From an uncultured virus (IMG/VR IMGVR_UViG_3300006467_000431) (lineage: Duplodnaviria; Heunggongvirae; Uroviricota; Caudoviricetes): a stretch of DNA of 64,000 nt. Made by a program: the position numbers and the translations under genes. Positions 17,413-27,020 of this stretch are shown here, in pieces (position 1 is the first letter of the stretch; each line of letters opens with the position of its first letter). The DNA lies in IMG/VR virus record IMGVR_UViG_3300006467_000431; one strand, given 5' to 3'. Below the pieces are notes generated by a model. That model saw nothing but the letters and a program-made list of their open reading frames with translations, searched no databases and was not told where the DNA came from.

Positions 17413-18990
17413 ATGTACGGTCAGACCGACATCTACGACAGCCCACAGTCGGCCTACGGCGGCATCTTCGCCGATGACGCCGATGTGTTCGGCGCACACG
17501 GGTTCGACGACTTCGGCGAGCTCGACGAGGACGAGGAGGAGTTCGGTCTCCTCGGCATCGCTCTCACGAAGAGCGCTCGTCAGAAGAAGTGGAACAAGCG
17601 CTTGGCGAAGACCCTCGGCAAGCTCAAGAAGCTCCACGAGCAGGGCAAGCTCGACAGGGCTCGCAAGGCTGCCGGGAAGCTGGAGAAGATCGTCACCAAG
17701 CTGGAGAAGGTCGAGCCCGACTTCGAGCCGGAGCCCGAGGTGGTGGCTTGGATGGACTTCGCTCAGGGTGGCTCCGCACAGGATCTCGACGAGGCTCTGG
17801 CGGCGCTGGCCTGGACGGGAGAGGAGGCTCCGGCAGCTGCAGGTCCTGACAGCTTCCACATCGCTGCTCCGGCGGCGGGTCTGGTTCCGACGCACGGCAG
17901 CGGCATTCGCGGCGGTCGTGGGCTCATTGGTCCCGGTGGCTACGCTCCAGTGCGTCGTCGTCGCCGTCTGCCTCCAGGCTTCCGTCCGCCGGGGTATGCT
18001 CGTTGGCGTCGTCGCCGGAAGGTTCAGTGGCTCTCGCGCCACCCCAACGCTGCTCGTGGTCGTCATCCGGCCGATCCGCGTCGTCGGGTCGTTGCTCCGG
18101 CTCGTGCGGTGGCTCGTCCGGGTCGGGCGCATCGTCGTCCCCGTGTTGCCGCGCCGCGTCGGATCGCTGCGCCTCGTCAGGTTCGTGGCCCTGTTCGTGG
18201 TCGCGCTCGTGCTCCGGCACCGGTGCGTGCATTCCGTGCGGGCCGTCGTGCGGCACAGCGTGATGCGTCCAACCGGAGTGCTGTCGGTCCGGGCCTCCAG
18301 AACCGCCGGATGCGTCGCTTTGGTGCACTCGACGACGCGGTCGCCGAGGCTGCCGAGGAGATGGGTTTCCTGCCTGGGACGATCGGTGTCGAGGCCTTCT
18401 CGGAGGTGTCTCCCTCGGGTCTCACTCGTTCGACCATCCTGGAGTCCGATGCCATCGACGACCTGCTCGAGGCAGAGGACATGTTCGGCGCCGATGATGA
18501 CTTCGGTGGCGGCTACGCCTGGTACGGTGCGGACGACGAGGACGACGAGGACGACGAGGACGACGAGTTCGGCTACTTCGGAGACGACGGTACGACCTCT
18601 CAGGCGATCCGCGAGGATGGTCCCCAGTTCGGAGCTGTCTTCAAGCGGAAGACCGAGAAGCGCCTCGAGGCGGCTCGCAAGAAGTACAACCGCCTTCGGG
18701 ATCGTGCGGTCACGAAGGAGGACTGGCTCGAGGTCGAGAACGCTCTGAACAAGTACCGGAAGCTCACTCACGCCTACAAGAAGGCTGCGGTGGCGCCGAC
18801 GCCCGTGAGCAAGGAGCGCGCGCTGGCAGATCTGGAGCAGCAGCCGCTGTTCCACAGTTCGGCGGTGGCTCGTTTCCAGCAGGCGGGTGGCTCCATCGGG
18901 GATCTGCCGCTCATGCCGGGTGAGGATGTCCTGGCGCTCGCGGAGGAGGAGGACCTGTGGTCTACCTTCGACGAGGGTGACGAGATCTAG
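17413..18990 (+). CDS. Putative core polyprotein: acidic blocks, amphipathic helices and a long Arg/Ala/Pro-rich segment
   Basis: GGAGG RBS before ATG 17413, TTGACA at 17365; EEFG-LLGIAL, DMFG, DEFGYFG, QFG-AVFKRK. Confidence 0.75.
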   Translation: MYGQTDIYDSPQSAYGGIFADDADVFGAHGFDDFGELDEDEEEFGLLGIALTKSARQKKWNKRLAKTLGKLKKLHEQGKLDRARKAAGKLEKIVTKLEKVEPDFEPEPEVVAWMDFAQGGSAQDLDEALAALAWTGEEAPAAAGPDSFHIAAPAAGLVPTHGSGIRGGRGLIGPGGYAPVRRRRRLPPGFRPPGYARWRRRRKVQWLSRHPNAARGRHPADPRRRVVAPARAVARPGRAHRRPRVAAPRRIAAPRQVRGPVRGRARAPAPVRAFRAGRRAAQRDASNRSAVGPGLQNRRMRRFGALDDAVAEAAEEMGFLPGTIGVEAFSEVSPSGLTRSTILESDAIDDLLEAEDMFGADDDFGGGYAWYGADDEDDEDDEDDEFGYFGDDGTTSQAIREDGPQFGAVFKRKTEKRLEAARKKYNRLRDRAVTKEDWLEVENALNKYRKLTHAYKKAAVAPTPVSKERALADLEQQPLFHSSAVARFQQAGGSIGDLPLMPGEDVLALAEEEDLWSTFDEGDEI

Positions 18991-18997
18991 TTTCGTG

Positions 18998-19037
18998 GCT
19001 GGCTGAAGGGGTTCATCTTTCATTCAGCCAGCTTCTT
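18998..19037 (+). terminator. Stem-loop / possible terminator
   Basis: gctggctgaa ... ttcagccagc followed by ttctt. Confidence 0.5.
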
Positions 19038-19056
19038 CCGGGGTGTGGCAGTGAGC

Positions 19057-20763
19057 ATGTTTTCCCAATCCAGGCGGGCGGCCCTTTCCAGGGGCACTCA
19101 TCAGGCGGTCGCAGAGACGCTGTCCGAGGCATTCGGTCTCGAGGCGGACGATCTCGATGGTCTGGATGACACGCCTGAGCAGGCTCTTGCGAACGCAGAG
19201 GTCGAGCTGATGCTCTACGACGAAGACATCGAGCCAGCGATGGAGGACCTCTTCTTGGACCTCGATGCTGACGACGACACCTTCGGTGCCTACTACGGCG
19301 ACGACGACGACGACGAGGACGACGAGGACGACGACGACGAGGACGACGACGACGATGACGACGACGAAGAAGATCTTCGAGGTCCGAAGCCTCCGAGTGT
19401 TGGTCGTGTCGGGGTGTCAGCGAAGGCTCGTGAGGAGTACGGCCTCTTCAAGGCCATTGGTCGATTCGCCAAGGGCGTGGGTCGTGGCATCGGCAAGGGT
19501 CTGACCAGTGGTGCCGAGCTCGCCAGCCAGTTCGACCAGGCCTACTCTCAGGCCCAGGCGCAGCTTCCTCCTCCCGGCTACTCTCCTACCTACACGCCTC
19601 CTTCGGCCTACATGATGGCGCCGGTCATGCCTGCGTATCCACAGGCCTCTTCTCCTGCGGTGATGGCACCAATGGTGTCTTCGCAGGCTCCTGTGCCAGC
19701 TGTCCCGATGGGGGTGCCTCAAGTGGCTCCAATGACTCCACCTTCTCCGTCTGCGAAGGCACCGTCGGTCGAGGCGGGTCCAGAGTCGCTTCCGCCCGTC
19801 TACGTGGCAGATCCGGTCACGGCGGATCAGATCGGGGTTCATACGAATCCTCAAGCGCTGAAGACCGAAACGACCTTCGGGGCGGCAGCAGATCAGGGCA
19901 TCGTGGGCTGTCAGTCTCGACCAAGGGCAAAGAAGGCTGCTCAGAATGCTGTGTTCCGCGGCTCTCAGGCGATGGCGAGTGCGCCGTTCCGCCCTCCCCA
20001 GGCCATGGTGGAGGACGTGAGCTCGAAGCCACATCTTCTGTCGGATGGTCGAGTGGTCGACAGCGTTCATGGCGAGCTCTCGACGCTTCCGTGTCCTTCT
20101 TGCTCGAGAGTGAACCGGAAGGCTGTCTTCGGGGGTACGGCTCACAACTGTCCTGTCTGCGACGACTTTGGCGCGATCCTCATCCCGGATGGGGATGTTC
20201 CGAGCTATGCAGGTTGCAGCAGCTACGGGTTCGTTCAGTTCCTCATCGAGCCAGTGAGCAAGCACCTTGCTGCTCATCAGCATCAGAGCAAGGCTGCCGA
20301 GTCTGCCTCGATGCAGCAGCACAAGGCCTCGGTTCACGCTCGCCTCATGAAGAAGCTCCAGGAGCAGCGGGCAGCTTCCGAGACTTCGTCCTCTGTGGCT
20401 CCGACTCCTGGTGCACCTGTACCTGCTCCGCTGTCCTCTTCTTCCACTTTGGCGGAAGACGATGAAGGCATGGAGGATGTCGACGTGTTCGGTGCTCTTG
20501 GGAGCGCCTTTGACGGCCTGGAGGAAGACCTCGAGGATGACTTCGGTATTGATGATCTCCTTGGTGCTGATGACGACTTCGAGGACGAAGACGAGTTCGG
20601 TATCGACGAGTGGGCGGATTCGATCTACGGTGCTGATGATCTCGACGGAATCGACGACGAGGACTACGATGATCTCGACGACGATGATGTCGATGATTTC
20701 GACGCAGCCTTGCCCAACTACGGCCTGGCTCGAGCAATGATTCCTGCTACGGGAGGTTGGTGA
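19057..20763 (+). CDS. Acidic/Pro-rich FG-motif protein with CxxC-CxxC zinc finger
   Basis: Poly-Asp tract, EEYG-LFKAIGRFAKG, PCPSC..NCPVC, many DDFG/DEFG; start could be GTG 19045. Confidence 0.7.
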   Translation: MFSQSRRAALSRGTHQAVAETLSEAFGLEADDLDGLDDTPEQALANAEVELMLYDEDIEPAMEDLFLDLDADDDTFGAYYGDDDDDEDDEDDDDEDDDDDDDDEEDLRGPKPPSVGRVGVSAKAREEYGLFKAIGRFAKGVGRGIGKGLTSGAELASQFDQAYSQAQAQLPPPGYSPTYTPPSAYMMAPVMPAYPQASSPAVMAPMVSSQAPVPAVPMGVPQVAPMTPPSPSAKAPSVEAGPESLPPVYVADPVTADQIGVHTNPQALKTETTFGAAADQGIVGCQSRPRAKKAAQNAVFRGSQAMASAPFRPPQAMVEDVSSKPHLLSDGRVVDSVHGELSTLPCPSCSRVNRKAVFGGTAHNCPVCDDFGAILIPDGDVPSYAGCSSYGFVQFLIEPVSKHLAAHQHQSKAAESASMQQHKASVHARLMKKLQEQRAASETSSSVAPTPGAPVPAPLSSSSTLAEDDEGMEDVDVFGALGSAFDGLEEDLEDDFGIDDLLGADDDFEDEDEFGIDEWADSIYGADDLDGIDDEDYDDLDDDDVDDFDAALPNYGLARAMIPATGGW

Positions 20764-21716
20764 TGTCCATGAGCGGTCTCGGTTATCCGCGACTCGGACT
20801 TGGCCACAGCTCGGGTTGGGGAAACCTCAGTCACGGGAACGGCGAACGTCCGGCGTCTCCTGGGAGTTCTCGCATGAATGGTCTGGTGGACTACGGAGCG
20901 ATTGCCGATGCGGCAGTCGACGACATGTTCGGCTTCGACGAGCTCGATGAGTTCGACGATGATGAGGAATTCGGTCGGGTGGGTCCCCGCCGTCGGGCCT
21001 TTCGCGCAGGCAAGCGTGCCGCCCGTCGGCGCGTAGGTCGTCGTCGTGAGCGTCAGCGTGCTGCGCTTGGATCTCCGGCTTGGCAGGCTGGTCTCGTTCC
21101 AGGACAGGGATACAGTGCTTCCGAACTTCTGGCGCCCGATTTCGACGATGGGCTTGGATCGGACCTGCTCGATGCCGAACTCGATGCCATCCTGGCCGAG
21201 GACGAGGAGGAGGCCGAGGGGGACTACTACGGCTTCGATTCGGACGACGAGTACGGGGACGACGAAGACGATGACGAAGTGTACCTCGATGAGTTCGGAC
21301 GTCTTCGTCGGGGGCGCCGTGGTGGTCGTCGTGGGGGTCGTCCTCGCGCCCGTCGTCGGGCCTTCCGTCGAGGGAAGCAGAAGGCGCAGCGCAAGATGAA
21401 GCGTCGTCGGCGTCGGCGTCGTCAGCACGCGCCTCAACCGACTTTCCGGCAGCCGATGATGCTTCCGCAGTGGCAGGGTGAGGAGGAGGAAGAGGAAGAG
21501 GAGTTCTTCCCGCCGGTTCCGGATTCCTACACGCCTTCTGGTATCGCTGAGTTCTACGAGGAGAACTACGGCTCGGTTCCTCCTGCTGTCGCTCCTCCTC
21601 CTTCGCATGCTCCCAGCTTCGGCGAGTCCGTGGTGATGGGCGCCGGTGTGGGGCTCGGCTTCATGGTCGCGGCCTTCGGCGTCTCCGCTCTCGCGCGTGG
21701 TCTCGGGGCGAAGTAG
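20763..21716 (+). CDS. Alternating acidic / poly-Arg protein with C-terminal membrane anchor (putative DNA-condensing core protein)
   Basis: TGATG coupling; EEFG-RVGPRRRAFRAGKR and DEFG-RLRRGRRGGRR; hydrophobic C-terminus. Confidence 0.75.
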   Translation: MSMSGLGYPRLGLGHSSGWGNLSHGNGERPASPGSSRMNGLVDYGAIADAAVDDMFGFDELDEFDDDEEFGRVGPRRRAFRAGKRAARRRVGRRRERQRAALGSPAWQAGLVPGQGYSASELLAPDFDDGLGSDLLDAELDAILAEDEEEAEGDYYGFDSDDEYGDDEDDDEVYLDEFGRLRRGRRGGRRGGRPRARRRAFRRGKQKAQRKMKRRRRRRRQHAPQPTFRQPMMLPQWQGEEEEEEEEFFPPVPDSYTPSGIAEFYEENYGSVPPAVAPPPSHAPSFGESVVMGAGVGLGFMVAAFGVSALARGLGAK

Positions 21717-21767
21717 CTTCTGTACGGCATCACGGATACGTGATAGTCTGATCCCACCTTCTCGGAG

Positions 21768-22991
21768 ATGATCCCCATGGCAATGCTCTCCCGCACCGAC
21801 ATGTTCGGCTACGCTGGTGCTTCTCACGAGCCTCAGGGCCGTGTTCTGACTGCCGAAGAGGAGTACGGAGCGCACGGCTTCGGAGCCCTCGACAGCGCTT
21901 CCCTCTTTGCCGAGGAGGAGTACGGTGCTCTGACGAGCCCGAGTCTCTTCGCGGAAGAGGAGTACGGCGACGACGACTTCGACGATGACGATGATGACTT
22001 CGGCGCCGACTACGACGACGATGACGACGATGACGACGACTTCGGCGCTCTGGACAGCGAGTCCCTCTTCGCGGAGGAGGCCTACGGCGACGAAGATGAC
22101 GACTTCGACGATGAGTTCGGCTCCGACGTCTCGGAGGACCTCGATGCCCTGGACCAGGAACTCGACTCCGAGATCTTCGGCTCCTGGTACGGCGATGCGG
22201 GTGGCACACTGGCTGCTCCGGCTGGTGCCGAGCATGCGGTGGCCTCTCTCGCCGATGCTGTCAACGTGGGGGCCATCCTCCCCGGCTTCGCTCAGAGCTC
22301 CGGTGCGGAGCCTGGCTGGATCGAGTGGGGCATGGAGGGTCTGCAGAACTTCCTCGAGACCGACGACTCCGAGGAGCTGGCGGCCTACCTGATGCAGCAG
22401 CCCGGCTTCGCCAACTGGAACAGCCTCAACCAGTCCCAGCAGGCTCAGCTCGTCAAGCAGGCGGTGATCTCTGCGGCCATCCCGGGTCTCGAGCAGAACT
22501 GGGACGAGCCCTTCCGGCAGGCCTTCGCGAGCAACCCGAGCATCTTGGGTGCGGCATGGTCCTCCCTGGCCAGCACGCCCAGTGCTATCTGGGGTCTCAT
22601 CACCACCGACTACCCGAACGCCATGTTCGCGGTGATCCAGGAGATCCCAGGCGTTGGGGCTGCGGCTCAGGGCCTGGCCAAGGCGGCAGGTGTTCAGCGC
22701 CCAGATCAGCTCATCAACGCGCTGGCCATCCGCTACTACATCATGGGGCTCGTCTACCCGAGCATCTACACCTGGATCGCCGAGAGCGTCACTCGTCAGG
22801 GGCAGGCTGCCGTGGCTGCGGTGGCCGCTGCGAGCCAGCCGGTGGCCCAGGACGTGGCTCCTCTTCCTCCGATGATGCCGCCTCCTCAGGCGGTGGCTCA
22901 GCCGACGACCGGTCTTCCGTCGCCTCCGACCATTCTGGCGCTGGGCTTCGGCCTCTCCGCTGCCGGAGCGGTGCTGGGCATCTTCAAGTAG
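21768..22991 (+). CDS. Acidic FG/YG-repeat protein with C-terminal membrane anchor
   Basis: Three GALxSxSLFAEExYG repeats, poly-Asp, helical domain, hydrophobic C-terminus. Confidence 0.78.
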   Translation: MIPMAMLSRTDMFGYAGASHEPQGRVLTAEEEYGAHGFGALDSASLFAEEEYGALTSPSLFAEEEYGDDDFDDDDDDFGADYDDDDDDDDDFGALDSESLFAEEAYGDEDDDFDDEFGSDVSEDLDALDQELDSEIFGSWYGDAGGTLAAPAGAEHAVASLADAVNVGAILPGFAQSSGAEPGWIEWGMEGLQNFLETDDSEELAAYLMQQPGFANWNSLNQSQQAQLVKQAVISAAIPGLEQNWDEPFRQAFASNPSILGAAWSSLASTPSAIWGLITTDYPNAMFAVIQEIPGVGAAAQGLAKAAGVQRPDQLINALAIRYYIMGLVYPSIYTWIAESVTRQGQAAVAAVAAASQPVAQDVAPLPPMMPPPQAVAQPTTGLPSPPTILALGFGLSAAGAVLGIFK

Positions 22992-23000
22992 TCCGCTCGC

Positions 23001-23291
23001 ATGGCTCATCGGCGCCATCGGCATCATCAGGATGTGCACTACGGTGCGCAGCCTGATGATGTGTACGACTGGGATGCTTCGATGCAGCAAGCACTGCAGC
23101 ACGAGTCGGTGGAGGCTCTCCGCCATCAGCTCGAGGTGGAGCGCGAAGCTCGAGCTTCGATGCAGCGCAGCGACTATTTCTTCTCTCTGGGCGCCATCGC
23201 CTTCTTCGGCGGTCTCGGCTACGCTGTAGGTGCGCTCGATCCGAAGGTTCCGTCCTTCAAGCGCAAGCGCAAGCGTAGGAGCAGGTCATGA
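23001..23291 (+). CDS. Small membrane protein with basic tail
   Basis: One hydrophobic helix; ATGA overlap with next gene. Confidence 0.65.
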   Translation: MAHRRHRHHQDVHYGAQPDDVYDWDASMQQALQHESVEALRHQLEVEREARASMQRSDYFFSLGAIAFFGGLGYAVGALDPKVPSFKRKRKRRSRS

Positions 23292-24100
23292 GCTTCGGAT
23301 ACTCGTCGCACTACATGTTTTCACCCGAGATGGAGTCTGGGTTCATCGACCATCTTCTGGTTCGTCCGCACACGAGCTGGCGAGGCACGCGAGGTGTTCG
23401 GGTGAACTTCGGTGGTGTCGATCTCGACGATGCCGTGGACGAAGATCTCGACGACCTGGAGGATGAGGACGAGGAGTTCGGCATCCTCGGCATCGCGCTT
23501 ACGGAGAAGGCTCGTGAGCGGAAGCGCCTTCGGAAGAAGGGTCGTCGTGTCCGGAGGGCGATCAAGAAGAACATCGGAGGTCGCGACACGGACAAGCTCC
23601 AGGAGCGGCTACGTCGTCTCAAGGCTGCCATGGCGCAGCCTGGACGTACCGTGACTGTGCAGCGTCGAGGCGGGAAGGTGAGCACGATGACGAAGAGTGA
23701 TCTTCGCAAGCGGATTCGAGCTACCCAACGTGAGCTCGCCAGTCGTGGTGCCGCTTTTGGCTTTGATGCGGACGACGAGTATGGCGAAGACGATGTGTCT
23801 GTCGAGGCCGAGCTCGACGCTCTCGATGCAGAAATGGACCACGACATCTTCGCAGACGAGGACTATGGTCGCCTCTACGTCTCTTCGGGGGACTACCGCT
23901 ATCGAGAGGCAGGGCCTGGAGACCGGGGCGCGCTGCTCGGTCGCTCGGGCTCGAGTGGCTTTCGTGGGGGTCGTCCGACCTTTGGTGCTCGTGTGGACGT
24001 TCCTATCTTGGGCATGTCCTACGAGGGCAGCGAGCTCGGTGCCTTTGCCATCGGAATGGGTGCTCTGGCTGTTGCGGGGAAGGCCCTCAAGCTCTTCTGA
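23288..24100 (+). CDS. Acidic/basic FG-motif protein with C-terminal membrane anchor
   Basis: EEFG-ILGIALTEKARERKR; AFGF, DEYG, EDYG; hydrophobic C-terminus. Confidence 0.75.
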   Translation: MSFGYSSHYMFSPEMESGFIDHLLVRPHTSWRGTRGVRVNFGGVDLDDAVDEDLDDLEDEDEEFGILGIALTEKARERKRLRKKGRRVRRAIKKNIGGRDTDKLQERLRRLKAAMAQPGRTVTVQRRGGKVSTMTKSDLRKRIRATQRELASRGAAFGFDADDEYGEDDVSVEAELDALDAEMDHDIFADEDYGRLYVSSGDYRYREAGPGDRGALLGRSGSSGFRGGRPTFGARVDVPILGMSYEGSELGAFAIGMGALAVAGKALKLF

Positions 24101-24199
24101 GGCGTTGTCACGCAGCCCGTGATACCGTTGGCTTTGTAGTCGAAGGAGTTCACCATCGCCTTCAAGTTCCAAAAGCGGGGGAGCGGCCTGTTTGCTCCA

Positions 24200-25372
24200 G
24201 TGGACGAGAGCTTCGGTGCTTCGATGCGTCGTCGCAGGGAGCGTCTGCTGGACGACGGTGATCTCGAATCGTTTGGTGCCCTGGGTGGTTCTGCGCCCGT
24301 GGTGTCTCGAGTGGCTTCGGCTCCTTCAGCTTCTCCGGGCTACGTGGACAACCGGCTCCGTGGCATCAACCCGGACAGTGTGGGTCTGGCGTCGACGAAG
24401 GTGAATCCTTACGACGCTCAGGCAGCTGTTCTTCGTGGAGATCCGAACCAGCTGGCTGTCCGTCAGGCAAGCGAGCTTGGATCGCGTATTCCAGCTCACC
24501 TTCAGAGTCCTTCGGCTCAGATGGGGCTTCCATCGGTGACCGGCGTGGCGCCTGCAGACCAGGCCTACTACACCGATCTTCACTCAGACCATGCTGCGAA
24601 CCCTTCGGGGGCAGTGGCCGGTCAGCGTCAGACGCACTGGGGAACCACGGGTGCTCGCACGGACACGGCTGGTGGTGCTTGGTGGGATGCTCGGAAGCGC
24701 TTCGGCTATGGCCAGATGGGTGCTCGAGATGCGGGCTACTCGGAGGAGTACGACAATCCAGTCGCTCAGGAGCGCACGGCTGGTCGCCTCGAGAACCCGA
24801 CGACCTTCGACCAGGAGGTCATGCCGCATCGTCCCTACCTCCACATCCGTGCTCGAGGGACTTCGGCGCAGGGTGAAGGAACCTACGAGGGCATGGCGAT
24901 CGTCCAGGTGACGGCCGGCAACTTCCAGCATGGTGCGGCTGAGGTTCGTCGCTTCTGGGTTGGTGGCGGAATCATTGCTGCCTTTGATCTTCGAGGTTGG
25001 GACAACGTCCGAATCGATATCGAAGAGCTACTGGACAACACCTATGTGGAGTTCGCCTGGACGGCTGATGGCCTGATGGGGAATGCTCGGTGGCTTCTCT
25101 TCCCGGAGGCCTACACGACGGCTGCGACGACGGTTGCGGTTCCCGATGGGGCCTATGCTGTGGCTGTTGAGAGTCCGACTCCCGGTGTTCCGGTGACCAC
25201 GACGTTGACCTGGACGGGACGTCGTCCGGGCAATGCTGTATGGACGATGACGGAGATCGTCGGAGATCCGACGGTGACGAACACCTACTACGGCGCTCCG
25301 ATCGATGTGAAGGCACCGACGTTCCGCTTGGATCGAAGCGTCGATCTCCTCTGGTACTTGCGCCCGATCTAG
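24200..25372 (+). CDS. Hypothetical protein, beta-rich C-terminal domain (putative structural)
   Basis: ESFG x2 at N-terminus; last gene of + strand cluster; start uncertain. Confidence 0.65.
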   Translation: MDESFGASMRRRRERLLDDGDLESFGALGGSAPVVSRVASAPSASPGYVDNRLRGINPDSVGLASTKVNPYDAQAAVLRGDPNQLAVRQASELGSRIPAHLQSPSAQMGLPSVTGVAPADQAYYTDLHSDHAANPSGAVAGQRQTHWGTTGARTDTAGGAWWDARKRFGYGQMGARDAGYSEEYDNPVAQERTAGRLENPTTFDQEVMPHRPYLHIRARGTSAQGEGTYEGMAIVQVTAGNFQHGAAEVRRFWVGGGIIAAFDLRGWDNVRIDIEELLDNTYVEFAWTADGLMGNARWLLFPEAYTTAATTVAVPDGAYAVAVESPTPGVPVTTTLTWTGRRPGNAVWTMTEIVGDPTVTNTYYGAPIDVKAPTFRLDRSVDLLWYLRPI

Positions 25373-25570
25373 TCGAGCGCTGCTTGACCACCCCAGCTAG
25401 AGCATAGTTGGGCCGACGCCTTGCGTGGTTTTCTGCGCGAGGCGTCTCTCCATAAGAGCTGTGAGGTAGGACGGTGTGGTGCTGCTCCCCCATCGGGGGT
25501 ATCAGCTTGCTCATCAGCTTGGCGCATTCTCAGGCGCCGCCACACTGTCCCATTTGTCCGTAGCTTACTT

Positions 25571-25601
25571 GTAACTATAGGTCGAGATCTATAGTTGCTT
25601 T
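25571..25601. terminator. AT-rich hairpin between convergent operons
   Basis: gtaactatag-gtcgagat-ctatagttgc inverted repeat. Confidence 0.5.
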
Positions 25602-26456
25602 CTACATGCTTGGCGGCTTGGGGGTCGGGTTGGCGGCGGGCGGCTTGAGCTCCTTTCCGGTAGCTCTTGCGATGATCGCCCTGGATTCCTCAGGCGTCAG
25701 CCCATTCATGCCCCGCTTGCCTCCACCAGCTCCGGTCGGAACGGGGATGGGTGCAGCGGGTTGCGCAGGGGGAGATCCCTGTGCCTGGGGGACGTTGACA
25801 CCTGGTGCCGGGGCGATGCGTTGACCGGCTGCAGGCCCATTGGCACCGTGCTTGTACTGGACCCCTTCGGTTGCGACCCGGTCCATCATGCGAGCCTGTC
25901 CAGCTTCGAACCGTGCCATCATTTCGGCCGGGCTCAGCGGAGCTTCATCGTTGTCCGCTTCGTATGTCGGCTGGGCAGACGGAGGAGCGCCTGGGTCGAA
26001 GAGAGGAGCATCGGCTGCTTCACCCCATGGATCGAGAGGTGCGGCCGGTGGAGGCGGAGCGGTCGAAGCAGGGAAGGGCTGAGTAGCAGCGCCAGCTGCG
26101 TCGCCCCAGGGGTCGCCCTGTGGGGCTGCGGGGCTGGTGGGAGGTGTTGGGGCTGCATAGGGTGCCCTGGGCTGCTGTGGGGCTCCAGGGAGCGTGTGTG
26201 CCGGCTGTCCACCCGTCGTCAGCTGTCTCAGTCGATCCAGCGATGCGTTGGCCTGCGTGACGGCCTGCTGGTGGTTGGGAACGCCCTGTCCGTTGCCGGC
26301 CAAGATCTGGCCGACGATCTGAGGGATCTCGTAAGGAAAGCTCACGCTGATGTTGTGCGCCAGGAACATTCCCATGAGTTGATCGACGATGGCCTGGGCT
26401 TCGTCGCCCTGCCTCTTGAGCTTCTTCAGCCTGCGCTTTGCGCTCCCACCCGGCAT
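25602..26456 (-). CDS. Pro/Ala/Gln-rich hypothetical protein
   Basis: 284-aa ORF, GGAAGG upstream. Confidence 0.7.
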   Translation of the reverse strand: MPGGSAKRRLKKLKRQGDEAQAIVDQLMGMFLAHNISVSFPYEIPQIVGQILAGNGQGVPNHQQAVTQANASLDRLRQLTTGGQPAHTLPGAPQQPRAPYAAPTPPTSPAAPQGDPWGDAAGAATQPFPASTAPPPPAAPLDPWGEAADAPLFDPGAPPSAQPTYEADNDEAPLSPAEMMARFEAGQARMMDRVATEGVQYKHGANGPAAGQRIAPAPGVNVPQAQGSPPAQPAAPIPVPTGAGGGKRGMNGLTPEESRAIIARATGKELKPPAANPTPKPPSM

Positions 26457-26507
26457 GGAACCTTCCCTGTGTGAGTCCTTGGTGCCTACTGCGTTACACT
26501 ACCTCGC

Positions 26508-27017
26508 ATGAATGGTTCGCGCAATGGCGGAAAGGGTGACGTAGCGCTGTTCGATCGAGATCGAATGATGCGTTTGTTCGAAGGACTTCGCCGGGAGTCC
26601 ATCGAGCGTGCGCCGCCGTCGATTCGGAATGCTGTGCTTCGTGTGGTTGCCTCAGTCGAGGCCGATGAGCGCCCGAGCGCAGAAGATCTGGCGGCAGCTC
26701 TCCTGTGGACGCTCGAACGTCGAGCTCACGACAGGAAGAGGCCGAGGAAGAAGAGGACGCGTTCGAAGAAGAACGATCGATGGGCTTCGGAGGAAGACTT
26801 CAAGGTCACTCCAGCTCGCCCCGCTTCCTCTACTTCATCGGATGCGGCCTCGATGAGCCGGACGGCCTTTGGGCAGCGACTGGATGCACAGGAGCAAGTA
26901 CGTGCGCAGGAGAACTCGTCGGTCCGTCGGGTGGCGAGAAGGATGGGCGTCAAGCCATCGAGAGTGAAGACGGATGCGATGGGTCGCCGTGTTCAGATCT
27001 TGGGTGATGATCAGTAG
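26508..27017 (+). CDS. Hypothetical basic protein
   Basis: ORF fills gap; start uncertain. Confidence 0.55.
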   Translation: MNGSRNGGKGDVALFDRDRMMRLFEGLRRESIERAPPSIRNAVLRVVASVEADERPSAEDLAAALLWTLERRAHDRKRPRKKRTRSKKNDRWASEEDFKVTPARPASSTSSDAASMSRTAFGQRLDAQEQVRAQENSSVRRVARRMGVKPSRVKTDAMGRRVQILGDDQ

Positions 27018-27020
27018 CCT

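Noticed and set aside
19299..19372. GAC/GAG trinucleotide runs (also ~18532-18567, ~21968-22040, ~43831-43900) as DNA repeat elements
   Set aside because: They encode poly-Asp/Glu or DT linkers inside ORFs.
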